DNA of 64,000 nucleotides from positions 6,400,001 through 6,464,000 of the forward strand of contig JASGJH010000001.1 of assembly GCA_047601445.1 (NCBI GenBank), read 5' to 3'. Below are positions 61,699 through 64,000 of this stretch, in pieces. Source of the stretch: Myxococcales bacterium (GTDB lineage Bacteria > Myxococcota_A > Polyangia > Polyangiales > DASUME01). Positions within the stretch are counted from its first letter, which is position 1. The number at the start of each line of letters is the position of its first letter. The notes below the pieces were generated by a model that saw nothing but the letters and a program-made list of their open reading frames with translations, ran no database searches and had not been told where the DNA came from. Position numbers and translations under genes: made by a program.

Positions 61699-62271
61699 AT
61701 GGAAGCACGACTCTCGTCAGTGTCCGCAGCGCGTTCTGCGCAGTCCAATCATGTGACGCTCGTGTCCTCACTCGAGGAGCTCGCGCGCCTCGATAGCCGC
61801 GCCTGCGACGAGCTGTTCGCGCGGGCGCAGGTCACGCCGCTGTCAGCGATCTCGGGACATCCGCGCGGGCGCATGCTCGCCGTGCCCGGCTACGAAGTGC
61901 CGCTGGTCGCCGGCTTCTTGCGCGGGTTCGCCGCCAGTGGGCTCAACCTGTGGGAAGGCAAGAGCTTCAGTGCGAGCCCTGGTGCCCACGAGGGCCGCGG
62001 CTTCAACCGCGTGCGCGTGCCCTTTCGACGCTCCGCGTTTCCCTTCCGCACCGCCGCTGCCGACTCGTTGGTCGACGGCAACCCGTGCCTCTCCATCTCC
62101 TACGACGTCCCGGAAAACCCAGCCTTCGCGCGCGCTACCTACGACGAGCTGCGCAGCGTGGGCCCCGGTCTCTATCTCGGGCGCGGCATGAAGATACGCG
62201 CTGGTCGCGCACCCAAGCTGTTGGTTTGGTTCGCGCTCGACACGAATCAGCAAGATTCCGATCCCCGTTAG
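61699..62271 (+). CDS. Hypothetical protein, similar pattern to 31066-31680
   Basis: WEGKSF, G.NR, ISYD...N, YDELRSVGPGLYLGR. Confidence 0.7.
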   Translation: MEARLSSVSAARSAQSNHVTLVSSLEELARLDSRACDELFARAQVTPLSAISGHPRGRMLAVPGYEVPLVAGFLRGFAASGLNLWEGKSFSASPGAHEGRGFNRVRVPFRRSAFPFRTAAADSLVDGNPCLSISYDVPENPAFARATYDELRSVGPGLYLGRGMKIRAGRAPKLLVWFALDTNQQDSDPR

Positions 62272-62311
62272 TTGACCCTCTGACCCATTCAATGAACTGC
62301 CGTTCGGCACC

Positions 62312-63517
62312 ATGGAGCTACCCGCGATGATCTCTGCCGACCCGCGTGCGCTGCGCGCGCCAATCCGAACTCCCCTCACGCTCGGCGCCGCGCTGTCCAC
62401 GGCGCTCCTTGCTTCCGCCTGTGGCGACGACCCGGAAGCTCCGGGCAAGGCCACAGAGCTGCCTTCGCCGCTCGTCATCACGGCCGACTGGCTCCACGGC
62501 ACGCTCTCCTACGCGAGCCTGAGCGGCCTCGAGGGCACGCAGACCCACGCCGAGGCCGTGGTCTCCACCCTCGACCTCTCGAAGTACGTACCGGGCCCGC
62601 TCACACTCGAGTTCACGCCCGACAGGAAGAAGCTGTTGGTGGCGACGTCCTCGGGCTTCTTCGCCATCGGTGGCGCGGGCGGGCTCTTGATCAACGAGCC
62701 CAACATCCCGAGCGGTCCGGGCAAGTTCCTGATGGTGGACGTCGACGCCCAGGAGGTGGAGCACGAGCTCGACACCGGCGAGGGCCCGAACGGCATCGCG
62801 GTGACCCCCGACGGCAAGCGCGCCTTCGTGGCGCACTTCGGCAGCGGCAACATGGCCGTGGTCGATCTCGAGACCTTCCAGATCGTGCAAAACCTCGACA
62901 TTGGCATCTACGCCGAGGAAGTGGTGCTCGACGAGACCGGCACCGTGGGCGTCGTGGGCTACTCCGACGATGGCTCGGTGCGCACGTTCGGCGTGGCCGA
63001 CCCTGCGGGCACCCTCTCGCCCCAGGTCAAACTCGTGGGCGACTCCGCCGGCATCGCCTTCTTTCCGGGCACCAAGACGGCCTTCGTGGTGCAGGCACCC
63101 AATCCGCTCGGCATCCTGTCGGGCTCGGCCTCTTCGGGCCACACGCTGCTCGACGTGACGAACCCAGCGGCTCCCGTGGTCCTCGAGGACGTGCGCGAGC
63201 CCGCCATCGTGGGCGCCTATCCGGCCGTGGTCGCCGCCAACCGCGGCACGGTGATCGTGCCTGCGGCCCAGGACGGCAACTTCGGCGTGCGCGAGTACGC
63301 CCTCGAGAACAACAAGGCCGTGCTCAAGCAGGAGGTGCCCGCCGGCAGCGCCCAGTTCCTGGGAGCGCTCGGCTTCGCCTACGACGGCAAGGACACCGTG
63401 GTGATGGCGGTGCCGGGACAGCGGGCGGTGATCGTCACCAACCTCGACACCAAGCAGAGCCGCAGCATCGACTGGGAACAGGACGAGGCCGGTCCGGCCG
63501 ACGTCGTGATACGCTGA
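62312..63517 (+). CDS. YncE-like beta-propeller lipoprotein
   Basis: Lipobox ASAC; GEGPNGIAVTPDGKRAFVAH-type repeats. Confidence 0.8.
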   Translation: MELPAMISADPRALRAPIRTPLTLGAALSTALLASACGDDPEAPGKATELPSPLVITADWLHGTLSYASLSGLEGTQTHAEAVVSTLDLSKYVPGPLTLEFTPDRKKLLVATSSGFFAIGGAGGLLINEPNIPSGPGKFLMVDVDAQEVEHELDTGEGPNGIAVTPDGKRAFVAHFGSGNMAVVDLETFQIVQNLDIGIYAEEVVLDETGTVGVVGYSDDGSVRTFGVADPAGTLSPQVKLVGDSAGIAFFPGTKTAFVVQAPNPLGILSGSASSGHTLLDVTNPAAPVVLEDVREPAIVGAYPAVVAANRGTVIVPAAQDGNFGVREYALENNKAVLKQEVPAGSAQFLGALGFAYDGKDTVVMAVPGQRAVIVTNLDTKQSRSIDWEQDEAGPADVVIR

Positions 63518-63560
63518 GGTTCGGGCGCGCGTGAGTTTCTGCTCCGCGCGCCGTCTTTGC

Positions 63561-63998
63561 TCAGGCCGGCTTGCCGCCGCCCATCTGCACGCGCTCGCCG
63601 ATGAAGGCGCCGAACAGCGAGATCATGATGCCGAGCATGCCCGCCACGATGTAGGCCAGCATGGAGGGCTCGAAGCCTTCCGGCGTGATCGCGCGCAGGT
63701 ACGCGATGGTCGGCAGCGCCGCCAGGGCCGCACCCACCGCGGGCTCGAGGAACGTCTTACCTGGCGAGATGTAGCCCATGACGATTCCGCCGATAAACCA
63801 GATGAGCACGCTGATGCCCAGGCCTCCCAGACCCTGGGGATCGAAGGCGCTGATGATGAATGGGAAAATGACCAGCACCACCAGCTGCAACGCCAGGTAG
63901 ATGCCGCAGGCGATGCCTGCCCACTTCCACTCGAAATTCTCTTGTTCGAAGCGACGCGCGAGCGCCTCTTCTTCCGTGTATTCGCCTGCGCCGAAGGC
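63561..63998 (-). CDS. Membrane protein, C-terminal part (5' end outside window)
   Basis: Frame open to the window edge; about four hydrophobic helices. Confidence 0.7.
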   Translation of the reverse strand, partial: AFGAGEYTEEEALARRFEQENFEWKWAGIACGIYLALQLVVLVIFPFIISAFDPQGLGGLGISVLIWFIGGIVMGYISPGKTFLEPAVGAALAALPTIAYLRAITPEGFEPSMLAYIVAGMLGIMISLFGAFIGERVQMGGGKPA

Positions 63999-64000
63999 TT

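Overview
High-GC, gene-dense window that looks myxobacterial (Polyangiales-like). This is inferred from a MYXO-CTERM tail, Myxococcus-type Cys-rich repeats and many lipoproteins; no taxonomic search was run. Metabolic genes: glgP, mdh, aidB-like and fadE23/24-like acyl-CoA dehydrogenases, a phhA-fahA-hppD-hmgA Phe/Tyr catabolic cluster and an FKBP. It also holds an ECF/anti-sigma/metal-sensor/EF-hand module, a MoxR + vWA-metallopeptidase pair, a FadR-GMC operon and several large surface lipoproteins. Most notable: (1) two opposite-orientation copies (~8.7 kb and ~49.2 kb) of a REP-like repeat element built from TTGACAGCGnnAGCGG and GTCAAC/GGCGAC units. One copy carries an intact 1280-bp IS3 (CGAT duplication); the other preserves the empty site. 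(2) A predicted all-lipoprotein cluster at 53.4-58.9 kb combining a PHM/DBH-type Cu monooxygenase, a Tat-motif amidohydrolase, a PQQ-type propeller and a CX4CH cytochrome c, next to a frameshifted AraC gene and 21-bp-period direct repeats. All family assignments come from motifs read by eye. Start codons are uncertain where noted.
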